The notes beneath the pieces are model-generated. The model saw only the letters and a list, made by a program, of their open reading frames with translations, was not told where the DNA came from and searched no databases. A stretch of DNA of 55,942 bases, the filler included, from Sphacelaria rigidula (taxonomy: Eukaryota), in NCBI GenBank assembly GCA_964200075.2. It is 5 parts of 5 records of this genome, joined end to end, with 100 filler letters (N's around TTAATTAATTAA, not from the genome) between each part and the next. Parts side by side here need not be neighbours in the genome. Positions count along the whole stretch, not along the records: positions 11,211 to 22,319 come from CAXNAA020005376.1; positions 22,420 to 33,528 come from CAXNAA020005377.1; 3 more parts are not named here. One strand, given 5' to 3'. Position 1 is the stretch's first letter. Each line of letters begins with the position of its first letter. The position numbers and the translations under genes are program-made. This document shows positions 11,531 to 22,994 of this stretch, piece after piece.

Positions 11531-11936
11531 TAGAGCTCGGAAATGGTACCAGTTATAACTGGAAATTATCATTATAACAGTAATAATGGTAATGGTTTCA
11601 TGGAAATATTAGATAATGGTTTCAAACCATTATTCACCGTTACCGGCTTTACAAGCCGATACCAGCTACGTATGCTACATACAGCCCTTGAAAATTGGCC
11701 CTACTTGAACGTATTTTTTCGCTCTCGTGAAGCTAAATGGTTTAAAAACCTGCCTCCCGCTCGGCGGGGCCCTCCGGGGGCGCCTCCGGCGGGGTCCCCT
11801 TTACCGGGGGGGCTTTTCGGCGCGCGGCTGCGCCGCTCGATGACCAAACCATAATGTACCATTTAACTGGTGAATAAGTGCACAACGCGTAACCATTCAA
11901 CTGGTTAATGGTTAGACAAACCATTTCCGAGCTTTA
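11531..11936. mobile_element. hAT-type MITE (406 bp) with perfect 8-bp TSD
   Basis: TIRs TAGAGCTCGGAAATGG...CCATTTCCGAGCTTTA; TSD GTACAGAC at 11523-11530 and 11937-11944. An inverted copy lies at 24691-25067. Confidence 0.92.
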
Positions 11937-13190
11937 GTACAGACGCAATGCACAAATATCCCGCCTGTCCAGTCTCATATTTTACTTCTATTATCTTGTT
12001 ATTAATGCACACAGACAGTAGTGACAGCAAACGTCATGGCTGCCTTCGGTCTATCGAAGACAGTGCATCGAACGTGGAAAAGATCGCGCTTGAGGCCCTG
12101 GCTTGTGCGCTCGACAGCGTAAAAACAACACAGCCGATTTTGATCAGAGCAAACTATATGGCTCGTGGTACTTCATGTTGGGAGAATGAATTGCCCCTCG
12201 TACACAAGCGCATACAAGATATCAGTACCACATGGCAGGACAGAAGATACAAACACATACGAAGCTTGTCCCATGTTGCATTGTTCACATATTGTTATTA
12301 GTATTCACAGTCGGTTACGGAAAACATCATTGCTGTCTCCCGACTGTGAAGGGACCAAAGGACGGCAATAAAAATTGGGTGCACCGGCTTAGCTTGTGCG
12401 CTGGACCCAACACTCTGACATGAAACAGACGCGTCAAACGTTTCGGTGACCGCGTTGAGCCTTTCGGTGGCAGCCTTGAGTTCTTTTTCAGCCTTCTCCG
12501 CGCGTTGAGGCGCCGCCTTGACCTTGCGCGCGGCTGTCAAGGCACAGGATAAGTCTTGACCGGTTTTCGCGTTGTACTTCGTCCATGCTGCGCGGAAGTC
12601 CGTTTTTTCTTGAGTTTCGAAACACCAAGCTGTTGAGAATTCCGCATTCTTCACCTCGATACACGCTGCTTTTCCTGAAGCCGCAAGTGCCGATTTTTCA
12701 AAGCGGATATCTCGGCAACGAAGCAGAGGATTGGAGTGCGGTTTGATGCGTGCGCTTCCCACACACCAGAATTTAGAGCCAAAATGGCTTGCCGTGACGC
12801 GTGCCGCGGAGCCCGCAGCACTCTGCAAACTGCCCAAAATGTACGAAAAACGCGTTTTCTTCGACGTTCTGGGGCGTTTCGGATCCGCTGTGGCGAATTG
12901 AGCAAACCCGTTTTGGCTCTGAATAGATCTAGTGTGTGCGCGGGGGGCTCGGCTGTCAAGTGCCACAGGCCGGTTTGCTTCCTGTCTCGAGAATCATGCG
13001 ATGAAAAAATTACAGCTGTCGCATACTAAACGTAGGTAACTTGGGGTGGAGCGCGTGTTCTGTCCGGCACAGGTTCGGCACAGGTCCGACCAGTCAATGG
13101 CGTCTTCAATACGTCTTCAATATCCCTCCGCGTTCGTATTCTTTTCAGTTGACCACGGATTTTTGGTCGGTAAGGCCTTCATTCACCCCC

Positions 13191-14378
13191 ATAACAGTAG
13201 CACAAATGCTCGTCGACAGCGTTTTAACAACATTCGGCATTCCGGAAAGGTTGCCCTTTGATCAGGGCAAGGAGTTCGAGAATCGAGTGGTCTACCAGCT
13301 ACAGACACTGCTGCAATTCGAGGAAACCCGCAGAAGTCCGGTCAGACCTCAAGGCAACTCAGTTTCAGAGCAGGTACACACAACTTTACACGCTATGCTG
13401 GCAATGCACAGTTCGGTCAAGTAAGACAACTGGGCAACAATATTGCCGCATGTCCAGATTGCGTACAACACCTCATTCAACACGACTGTGCAAGAAACCC
13501 CGTACTTTTTGTTCCTCGGGAGACAACCAAAGTTGCCAGATGATATGATCCTAGGCATCCCAGATGAGGAACATGCAGCAGATGTCGAAGAATACACGAA
13601 GCAGCAAAGCGGAAATTTATAGCTGGCTTTTGAACTCGCGAGACGCAATCTGCAAGAATGTGCAGACAAGCAGAAAGCAATCAACGCCAACTCAAGTCTT
13701 TCCCCACATTCGAACCGGGACAAAAGGTTGTGCTAAACAGGCCATACCAAGATGCAGACGGCCCAAATCCGAAACTGCTGTTACCTTGGCGAAGCCCGTA
13801 CACTATCTGTCCCACATTATCGCCACTAATATACAGAGTAAAGGTTGGGCAACGACGCAAAACAAATGTCGGTACACTTGGCTGACCTGAAAAAAAATTA
13901 TCCACAGAAGAAAGCACCGGCGCCCGATTTTGATCGACTTGCCGACTTTTTCTTAAGGAGAATATTGCCTCTTCCAGAGGTTGACCGCTCAGACTTAGCA
14001 CAACCGAACATCGAATGCTACACCGTTGACAAGGTGGTGAGTCATAAACGAGGCCCAGGGCGGAAACGCGACCTCTACTATCAATACCGCTTCAGACTCG
14101 AAGGCGACGGTCCATCGGCTGACCTAGAGTGTAGAGCGGACCAGGTTCCCCAATGTCAACATCTCATAGACGTGTACAAAATCAAGCGAACACTGAATAG
14201 CGCGCCTATACCAGACCCACCGTCCCATAATGTGAGAAAGAGAAAATGGGTAAGTGACTCTGTTCATGAGGAAACTAAGTTTCCCATGCAGAACAAGCAC
14301 CGGAAACGTGCTCTTGCAGGGAAATTTCCCGCGAAATGCAGACGCATTAGGTGTATATTCAGGACAGAAGAAAATTGA
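13191..14378 (+). pseudogene. Decayed Ty3/gypsy (chromovirus-type) integrase core, GPY/F region and chromodomain
   Basis: Integrase core FGIPERLPFDQGKEF...PQGNSVSEQVHTTL...*DNWATILPHVQIAYNTSFNTTVQETPYFLFLGRQPKLP; GPY/F-like NPKLLLPWRSPY; chromodomain-like YTVDKVVSHK...YQYRFRLEGDGPSAD...LIDVY. Two in-frame stops and two frameshifts. Confidence 0.9.
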
Positions 14379-14465
14379 TGCCATGGTCAATGCGACCCCA
14401 AGAACATCAGCGGTGAAGAGAGACTCGACCCAAAGGTCTGAGCTTTCACCAGCAAAATAGGGGTA

Positions 14466-15366
14466 TGGCGAGGATAGCCGTGGAAAATTGTGATCTTGGA
14501 GTATACCGCTCCAGACATACAAATACAGCTACCGTTCTCTTTTTTGTCTTCGATATTTGTCTTTCCCACACGCGAGTATTACCGTAGCATACGGTAATCA
14601 CGGGTTCAGTGTCTGAGCAAAACGCGGATCGACAACCCATTCCCATGCGAAAACACAATGTTTTCCAATGAGACGCCCATAAATCAGTATCTTTGAGGGC
14701 ATCAACATCGGCAATGGTCACACAGATTTTACAGATGCCGGGATCATGTGTCCAAGTCACAAACGTCCGACACAAGTACAATATCCCGTCTTGTGTCTAC
14801 TCAACACGACACTACACGATATTGAACGTTCACACATAGGCCCGTTTAGTGGTATCATGACACACATACAGTGAGGAATCCACGTTGATATCATTCTCTT
14901 CATGAATGATCGCCTCAGCCCCTCGAATGGAGAGACTTGAGGCGCGTCAAGAGGGGAAATGATGTGGAGACCATATATGTATGAGCGTAATGAACACCAG
15001 AATACACATGTAAGCCGGAAAAACAGTCTCAGGAACCGTGTCCGCCAGTGACATACATGAGCGGACCCGAAGCGTTCAAACCTGTGAGACTGGATCTTTG
15101 GCAACCTAGGCAACGGGGTCTCCAGTAGAAAGAGCTTGGAATAATAGAGCCACCACATGAACACTGGTGGAGCGTTGGCAGTCCTGCCTTACGGACTCGT
15201 TCAGTTGTTCTTCTTGCCTCTCATTGGTCACGGCCAAATCCTTGCCTAAACCACTAGAGAGAGATTTTCGCCTCGCTTTGGAGATTCTTCGGCAGCAGGG
15301 CACGACAACGTTCTCCTTCGGGACCCGTAACTCTACCGCCTGACCCCTAGCGAAGCCTAGTTCACA
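14466..15366 (+). mobile_element. 3' LTR (~900 bp) of the gypsy element
   Basis: Follows the integrase and a purine-rich tract AAAATAGGGGTA (14454-14465). Starts TGGCGAGGATAGCC and ends GCCTAGTTCACA, exactly where homology with the inverted copy stops. Confidence 0.8.
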
Positions 15367-16082
15367 GTTGCGATAATATATATTGAACACAAACCATGCA
15401 AACGTATTGCTTATCCAAAATAAATATTGCGCACGCTCATCACGTAGCTTTTGTGCATCCAACATATATTGGACACACTCGCAAAGGAATTCATTGAGCG
15501 CTTTCGGCATCTGGGCAGTCCCTCATTCTCCGCATTGAGTGCGATGATTGAAAAATTACGACTCGAGAGTCGTTAGAAGAATGAAATGTTCTTCTGTGCA
15601 CGAGAAAGTAAATCGATCAAACACGGCCTCACCGTGAGATGGTCCAAATAAGCCCATTTCTGTTGATCGTGGTTTTGATTTTGATGATGTAATTACTCCG
15701 CTTGGCCCTGAGCTGGTCTGTGAGTTTTCGAACATACCCCTTCCCCGTCAAGAAGGTACATCCCACGTGCTCACGCGCGGGACTGTCGACGAAACTATTT
15801 TTCAGAGGATGCCCGCCATCGATGGGCTCAACAAAGGACGGGCAACAAACGAAGCAACTGTTCAGAGAGGAGACTGGCAGTCTAAGGTGCAACCCGGGAC
15901 ACTAGTGAAAACACCACCGCCCAGGCACCTTTGTTCTTGTAGCTCCGGTTCTGGCGATCTGAGCTCAACGCCCAAGACACCGATGGAAATCCTGTATTGA
16001 CACAAAGGCTGCGGACTTGCCTTCTCCGTTGTAGGTTCAGGGGCATCACTAGAATCTGCCTGTGGCGTGGAATTTAATACTG

Positions 16083-18970
16083 TGTGAACTAGGCTTCGCC
16101 AGGGGTGAGGCAGTAGAGTTACGGGTCCCGAAGAAGAACGTTGTCGTACCGTGCTGCCGAAGGATCTCCAGAGCGAGGCGTAATCTCTCTCTTGTCATTT
16201 AGGCAAGGATCCGGGCGTGACCGATGGTAGGCAAGGAGAAGAAGTGAACGAGGTGGTACGGTAGTACCGGCTACGTTCCACCAGGGTTCATGCGATGGCC
16301 CCATTGTTTCGGGCTCTTGTACCGGAGATCCTTTTGCCTAGGTTGCCCAAGATCCAGTTTCACAGGTTTGAACGTTTCGGGTCCGCTCATGTGTGTCATT
16401 GACGGACCCCGTTCCTGAGACTGTTTATCCGGCTTACATGTGTATTTGGATGTTCATTACCCTCATACATCTGTGGTCTCCACATCACCCCCCCTTTTGA
16501 TGCGCCTCAAGTCTCTCTATTCGAGGGACCAAGGCGATCATTCATGAAGAGAATGATAACAACATGGATTCCTCATCGTATGTGTGTTATGATACCGTGA
16601 TACTGGCCTGTGTAAGAACGTGTCATATCCTCTATAGTGTCGTGTTGAGTAAACACAAGACAGTAAATTTTATGGACGTTTGGCATCCAGATTCATGTTA
16701 CCAGTATACGTGTTTCGGCGGTTGGTGGCTCGGTCACCTGATCGCGGCATCCGTGAAATCTGTGTGATCAGTACAGTCTCTGATGCCCCCATAGATGCTG
16801 ATTTATGGGCGATTCAGTGGAAAACACTGTTATGAGTAGGAATGGGGACCCTAACGACCAAAAATCGGCACAAGATTTGAAATATAAATTAACGCGGAGG
16901 AATAATGAACACGTCAGTTGGTGGTCGGACCTGTGCCGAAGCCCTCACAAACAGAGTACACGCTTCATCACTTATTAAGTTGGGGTAGTACGGGAAAGCT
17001 GTATCACTGGAGATCGCACGGTTCTCGAGACAAGAAGCAAGCCGGTCCACGGCACTTGACAGCCCCCCGCATACACACAAGATCTAGGGGACCTAGTTTG
17101 ATATTTTGCTGGCGTCGCGTCAGCGGCACGAAAATCCCCTCCCAGAGCGGAGAGCACCTTATTTTAGTATATGTAGGTCATTTGCGAGTCAGCGTCACGC
17201 GCAAACGCAAAAACCACACTAGGCGATATAGCTTGGGTGTCTGGGAAGCGCACGCAAGGAACCGCAGTCCAATCCCCAAATCGTTGCCGAGTTGTAAGCG
17301 TTGCGCGATCGGCACTTTTGGGTTGAGGATCAGTAGCGTCTTTCGAGATCGAAGATGGCGAATTCAAAAAAATCGGTGCGCACAGGTGCGCATACTACTT
17401 TTCCTGCCGCAAGCAAGTTGTGACAACATGCACTTGGGTTGCGTGCCCCCAGACGCTGCTTTGTTCTGGGCGGCTGTGCACAAAGGGCAATTCGCCTTTC
17501 AATCGCGAGTATCCTTTGAAGTGTCGAATTACAGAGGGAAATCTGACAGAAGAAAGACAAAGCTGGCGGCTGCTTCATGTCAGGGCTCCAGTGCAGAAGC
17601 CAAGGCGTCGAGAGCGATTTTGTACGAGTATGTGCGCTACATCTGCTGGTGACCGCGGTCATGTATTTAGTAACTGTCTGTGTATACTATAAAAAGTATC
17701 AGAATAAGATGCAAACTATGCGATGTTCTACAAGCTTCCTTTTGGGCTGCGTGTTTTTTTTCTTGCGGCGAGCAGTGTGTGACGGATGGCATTTCACTTT
17801 GTGGCATGTCACCAGGTGCTGCTTTGTTCTGTACGGCTGTGCACGAAGGGCAACTTCGCCTTTCAACAGGGAGTACCCTTCATGTATTGAGTTGTAGAGA
17901 GCGAGATCACACGTGAACTTCGGCTGTTGTGTCTGCGGGTTCCAGCGGAGAAGCCAAGGCGCGAAGAGTGATTTTGATTTCAGACTGCGCACCATTTATG
18001 CCTAGGTCGGCAGAGCCACGATGTTTCAACTGACTGCCTGTACATACGGAAAATAGGGAAACATTGAGGTTGAAGATGTTGATCTGGACAGAGAGAACCA
18101 GACCGTGCCCAAGCGACTGATAAGATGGGATTACTTCCACTCATGCCATGACCCTGACCCCATGAGGCTCATGAGAAATTCACTCTCCAATCTCGCAGTC
18201 ATAGCTGTGTGCAGGACATGCAGCGCGTAGCCAATCCGCATGAGCCTCTTGATCGTCAACATCATCAGCATTGTTCTCAGCAGTTTTCGGATGCGCGACG
18301 CTGCTGCTCATGATCTCCAAATTTCCGTACTTTCTCGTTCTAGCACCATGTCAGGCACGCCTTTCACTGCAGTTACGTTTGTGTGTAGCGGCCACAATAG
18401 CTGCTGTTCGTGCTCTTGTTTTGTTATCTTGGCAATGACGGTAAATGTGGGGTGGAAGCTCGCGGGCGTGTGCTTCCCGACTGATACAGACAGAAGCAGG
18501 ACACTAGCTAGTGCGACAAGATCATCCATATAATGATGTGCAGCGAGCTTTCCGGAGGAACAAAATCACCGCAACACCGACCACTCCCAGGCTTGTATAA
18601 ATGTACTAGAAATATAGTTCATATCTCATGAGCCAAATCATAATTTGTAATTGACGCGTGTATTTTCCATTGATATGATTCGTTGGATTACGGGCCACTT
18701 CTGACGCATGTAGCGTTCATCTTGCACTTTCCATGAAAATAGTAACCAAAATCAGCCCCCATTCTTACCCATAACTGTGTTTTTGAATGGAAATGGGCTG
18801 TCGTCCGGCCTTTTTCTCGGACACTGAATCCGTGGCGATTACCGTATGATATGGTAATACTTGCGTCTGGGGAAGACAAATATCGAGACAAAAAGAGAAC
18901 GGTGGCTGTTATTTGTATGTCTGGAGTAGCATACCCCAAGATAACAAAGTATCCACGGCTATCCTCAACA
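16083..18970 (-). mobile_element. Second LTR of the same family, inverted, interrupted by a 1.94-kb TIR element
   Basis: Reverse complement starts TGTTGAGGATAGCCGTGG and ends GCCTAGTTCACA. It aligns along its length to 14466-15366 once 16831-18778 is removed. Confidence 0.8.
16831..18773. mobile_element. Non-autonomous TIR transposon (1943 bp) with ACTGT target duplication, nested in an LTR
   Basis: Ends are TATGAGTAGGAATGGGG...CCCCATTCTTACCCATA, with ACTGT at 16826-16830 and 18774-18778. Colinear with 9713-10611 plus extra segments at ~17093-17390 and ~17790-18530. Confidence 0.9.
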
Positions 18971-18981
18971 GCAATACCACT

Positions 18982-19127
18982 ATTTTGTGTACCCACGACG
19001 TCGTCGCTCTGCACTGTTGGGCATGGTGTGAGAAAATTTCTAGTTCATGTGACTTCATCGAGGTTCGAACCAACGACCCAACCGTCAGAAGGATTCGAGG
19101 TTACGAATGAAGCCACCGGGGCGACCG
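18982..19127 (-). mobile_element. SINE family A, 5' half
   Basis: CGGTCGCCCCGGTGGCTTCATTCGTAACCTCG...GGTTCGAACCTCG head plus ~80 bp of body. Further fragments at ~19190-19300 and ~19600-19685. Confidence 0.8.
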
Positions 19128-19840
19128 ATCACTGGGTGTTGTTTTTTTCGTTATTATATAAAGACAGAGAGACACGTACTGGCAAGACAGAAGGCTTCCA
19201 CACAAGAGGGAGGCTAGAGTTTTTATTTTGCTTTCTGAACTCCGCCTTTTTTCTGAGGTGCTTGCCTTCCCTTTTATTTGTGAGAAGGGTTCAAACGATG
19301 TTTTCGTGAGATTGATTGTAGAGCGCTGATTGGGAGTGGGTTTTATCATCCACTTTATGTTGGCCAGTTTTCCATTCCGTGTGTGCTTTTGTTTGCCTGT
19401 ATCATTGGCGTGTGCTTACAGCACACATCGATGTCCTACGCGGGGGTATCAAGGGGTTCAGTGGCAAGCTATTACAGAAAGCATAGCGGGCCTCGTGGAG
19501 GGGAATTTCGGAACTGAAGTGATTTATTCACGAATTGACCGCTTCTCACTCTCTATCTCATCCTTCACTCCCAATCTCATGAGAACATTGTTTTTTCAGC
19601 GATCCCTTCCCCTTACCGTGAAGTCGAATTTTGTGTGATCTAGTCGCTGTCCACTGATGGGCATATGGTGTGAGAAGAATCCCCATCCTGGACAATGTAT
19701 CACGATGTCTACAAGTGTACGGCGTACAGTGTCGAATATTGCGTCTATTACGAAACCTAACGAAGGAAACTGCTCATGTTTGAACGTATGAGACGCGCTT
19801 TTGGGCTGCTAGCATCATGCCAACACTACCTCACACCACT

Positions 19841-20002
19841 GTTCCTAATATAGAGAGGTTTGTCCGCAGTCGTCTTGATTTGAGAGTGCATACGCACGTT
19901 CCCAATACAGAGAGGCTTGTCCGCAGTCGTCTTGATTTGAGAGTGTATATTCATGTTTCCAATACAGAGATGTTTGTCTGCAGTTGTCTTGATTTAAAAG
20001 TG
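19841..20002. repeat. 57-bp minisatellite, ~2.8 copies
   Basis: Units start at 19841, 19898 and 19955, consensus approximately GTTCCCAATACAGAGAGGTTTGTCCGCAGTCGTCTTGATTTGAGAGTG... Confidence 0.9.
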
Positions 20003-20198
20003 TTGAAGAGTACATATGCATGTGTGACGTACTGCTGTTCGGATGGAGTGTGTGTGTCCACACACAGCGGCACAGGTCACACACACACGTACACGCACAG
20101 GCGGGTGACCACGAGCCAGCAGCAGAAGCAGCAGCAGTAATGTAGCACAGAGACGGCCACCGCTGAACCCATCGAACGGGTATTGAAGGCAGCTATTT

Positions 20199-20576
20199 CC
20201 CTACTGTCTGTGTTGCTGTTTTGACTGCGCACTGTTGTACAACAGTACTATCCCACCTTACGTACCTGTGTCGAGTTTGTCTCATCACTCTACGGTACCG
20301 TGTGTGAACACATCCTACAGGTCCAGCATACATTGGAGAGTCATGACCATTCTCGCCAAGGCTATGCAGCATACTGCTAGCTGTGTACCCTACTGTACTG
20401 TCTGTGGTGCTGTTGCGACTGCGCGCTGTTGTACAACAGTACTATCCAACATTACGTACCTGTGTCAAGTCCGTCCCATCACCCTACGGTACCGTGTGTG
20501 AAACACATCCTACAGGCCCAGCATTCGTCCAAGGCTATGCGGCATACTGCTAGCTGCGTACGTATCTGTACTGTCT
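20199..20576. repeat. ~190-bp tandem duplication
   Basis: 20199-20387 is repeated at 20388-20560 (CTGTTGTACAACAGTACTATCC...TACGGTACCGTGTGTGAA...CCAAGGCTATGC.GCATACTGCTAGCTG). Confidence 0.88.
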
Positions 20577-22319
20577 AACCCTGACCGTCACCCTCACCCC
20601 AACGTGGGAATACTGAAAACCCTCGGGCAAGGTGGGTGCAGCTCTTCCTACTCTATACCCAGTGCTCCTTCTTTCGGCAATCCGTGGGGTGGTGGATGAG
20701 GGCCAGCCGTGTTTGTGCAACAAAATTTGCTCAAAATGGAGTCGTGAACCGTCTTATTTACATGGGCGCATATTTTTGTTTCGGAGGTGGTGGGTATTAC
20801 ATAAAGTGCACAGCGTAATGGATCCACAAGTGGGTATAGAGCTCCACATTCCATCGTACTGGTACACGGTGCAGTTGGGTAGATAGATAAGGACGGAGAG
20901 CGCACATCACACTGCGTCGCACATCACATTGTGTTCTAGCAGCGCACGTACATCGGGCCCGCCGATATTGGCCGATGGGCGTCTAGGCTAGATGACGGTG
21001 GTTTGTCACCCTAACAAAAAACACTTGCTGTGCATCGATGCAGCAGTGAGTCGTATCGGTAGTGTCGAGACTACGGGGTTTTCAGGTTCTCTATGTAGAC
21101 ATACAACTTGACCGTGCGTCATGTTTAATCTTTTGACCTGCTTCTGCCGGACGATAGAGGAGAGTGACAGTTTTCTCCTCTACAGTCCGAGCGTGTCGTG
21201 TGAAACATTGTTCCGAAAATGATCATTTCTTATTTGGATTTAGTATGGAAAAAGCGGACTGGATTGATGTGATTTCAGTATCCAGCGGGGAGACATAGCG
21301 CTAATTGTAAATAGGATAGGATAATAGTGATAATAATAACTGGTGGTGAGCCATGGCTGATGTGCGTGGCAGCAGTGCCGAACGTATCAGCGCCACGGGT
21401 CTGGCACGGGTCGAGGTTTGAACGTAATGGTGAAGGAAAAAAAAGGAGCCCGACATGACCCGTAATTGATGAGGATAAGCAGATAAGGACTTCCAACCGC
21501 ACGGCTAACCGTTATCACTATAAAGAGGACAGGAAGCCTCACCGTTACGGACGCCAATAATGGGGTGGGTGGGTGGGTGGAGGGGTTGTTAGACCCCGAA
21601 ATGTGTCCGAGTCACCGACCATAAATCACTTTTATTTGTTTCCCTGGATGCACTTGACTAAAGAATATACGTCCTCAACATGGAGAAATCGTGAGTTCTA
21701 GCGACGCTCTCCCCATTCAGATGCTGCATACATCTCCACGCCGCTGACACATGGCGAGGCTGGACTTTTTTTCAAGTACTTTCCAAGCTCGCCCTCGAAA
21801 TCTGCAAAGGAAGATGATTTATTTTCAGAGTTTTTTGCTGAGCGCGGGATGTGCTCTGAAAAGGTGACGGCCCGATACATTCAGATCGTAGCACAGATCG
21901 TGAAAAAGAGCGCTCCGATTGCACACGTCGCCAAAGAGGACTGGGGTGTTGAACTCGACCCCTCAAAGTAATCCCCCGACCAATCCGCCGTCCTCAACGA
22001 AAGCAATTGAGAAATAAGCACAGGCAGGGGACCAAGACGGACATTGGCTTCCGCTGGGTCGTCAGGTTCATTGACACGGAAGTTACGGGTGACAGTTGCG
22101 TTCGGACAAGGTAGGCACCATGTCATGGGTAATATAAAGCCGGGCCGTCAGATTCAAGATGCGTGGCTCATTCAGGCTTTAGTTCCGTATGCGTGCATAA
22201 AGTTCATCGTGATTCGTTTCTTTTTAGCTCAAGCAGGAGGCAGCGTAAAAAGCAATTCTGGGCATGTAGGCCCCAAGATCGAAAATTTGAGTTTTTGAGT
22301 TTTTGAGTTTTTGAGGGGG

Positions 22320-22419
22320 NNNNNNNNNNNNNNNNNNNNNNNNNNNNNNNNNNNNNNNNNNNNTTAATTAATTAANNNNNNNNNNNNNNNNNNNNNNNNN
22401 NNNNNNNNNNNNNNNNNNN
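22320..22419. other. Artificial contig spacer
   Basis: N44-TTAATTAATTAA-N44. Confidence 0.99.
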
Positions 22420-22829
22420 CCCCGGTCGCCTTTTAATCGTCATGTGACTATGCATGCAAGATCATGAGTACAACCCCCTCCCCCCCCCCCCACTTTGAGG
22501 GTTGGCGTCCGTGGGCAACGACGCTGTAAAACACATTACTTACTGGGTAAGCTAGGTTACCAGGTTGCCGATTTTTATTCGTGTCAATGGTTTCCTGTGG
22601 GTAACCATGATGGTGGTCGAGCTAGATCATATTGTGCCGGGTAGGAGAACCTCAATTAAGCGCAAAGGGGGTGATCATACTACGCAGTTTTACATGCTGA
22701 GAAATCCATGTAGCAGTGTGTGAGCCGTGGTAGTCTCTGAAGTGCCGATACCAGAAAACAAAGCAATACATTGTCAGCTGCCATCCCTAAGATAATCAGT
22801 ACGCTTCGGACTGAACAATCTTAGCAGGA

Positions 22830-22994
22830 TGCGGCTCACCCTTCATGCGACTCGTCCAACACATCACGACGCTTGTCGCTTGGTGAGTGCGAGCCTGGTT
22901 CGGTGAAAAAACAGCTTGCTCCGTCCCGACTTTGTAGGGATGCGAGGTCAATGGCTTCATGACTAGGGCATGCAAGATAAGGAGTACATCCCCC
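22830..22994 (-). repeat. Abundant short dispersed repeat (family B, GGGTGTACTCATGATC...CATTGACCTCGCATCCCTACAAAGCCGGGACGGAGC)
   Basis: Homologous copies at ~22440-22490, ~23760-23810, ~45770-45865, ~47555-47720 and 55872-55942, in both orientations and on two contigs. Confidence 0.8.

Noticed and set aside
19841-20002. CRISPR-like array (also considered for the 114-bp and 190-bp repeats)
   Set aside because: Units are contiguous tandem copies without unique spacers, there are no cas genes, and the context is eukaryotic.
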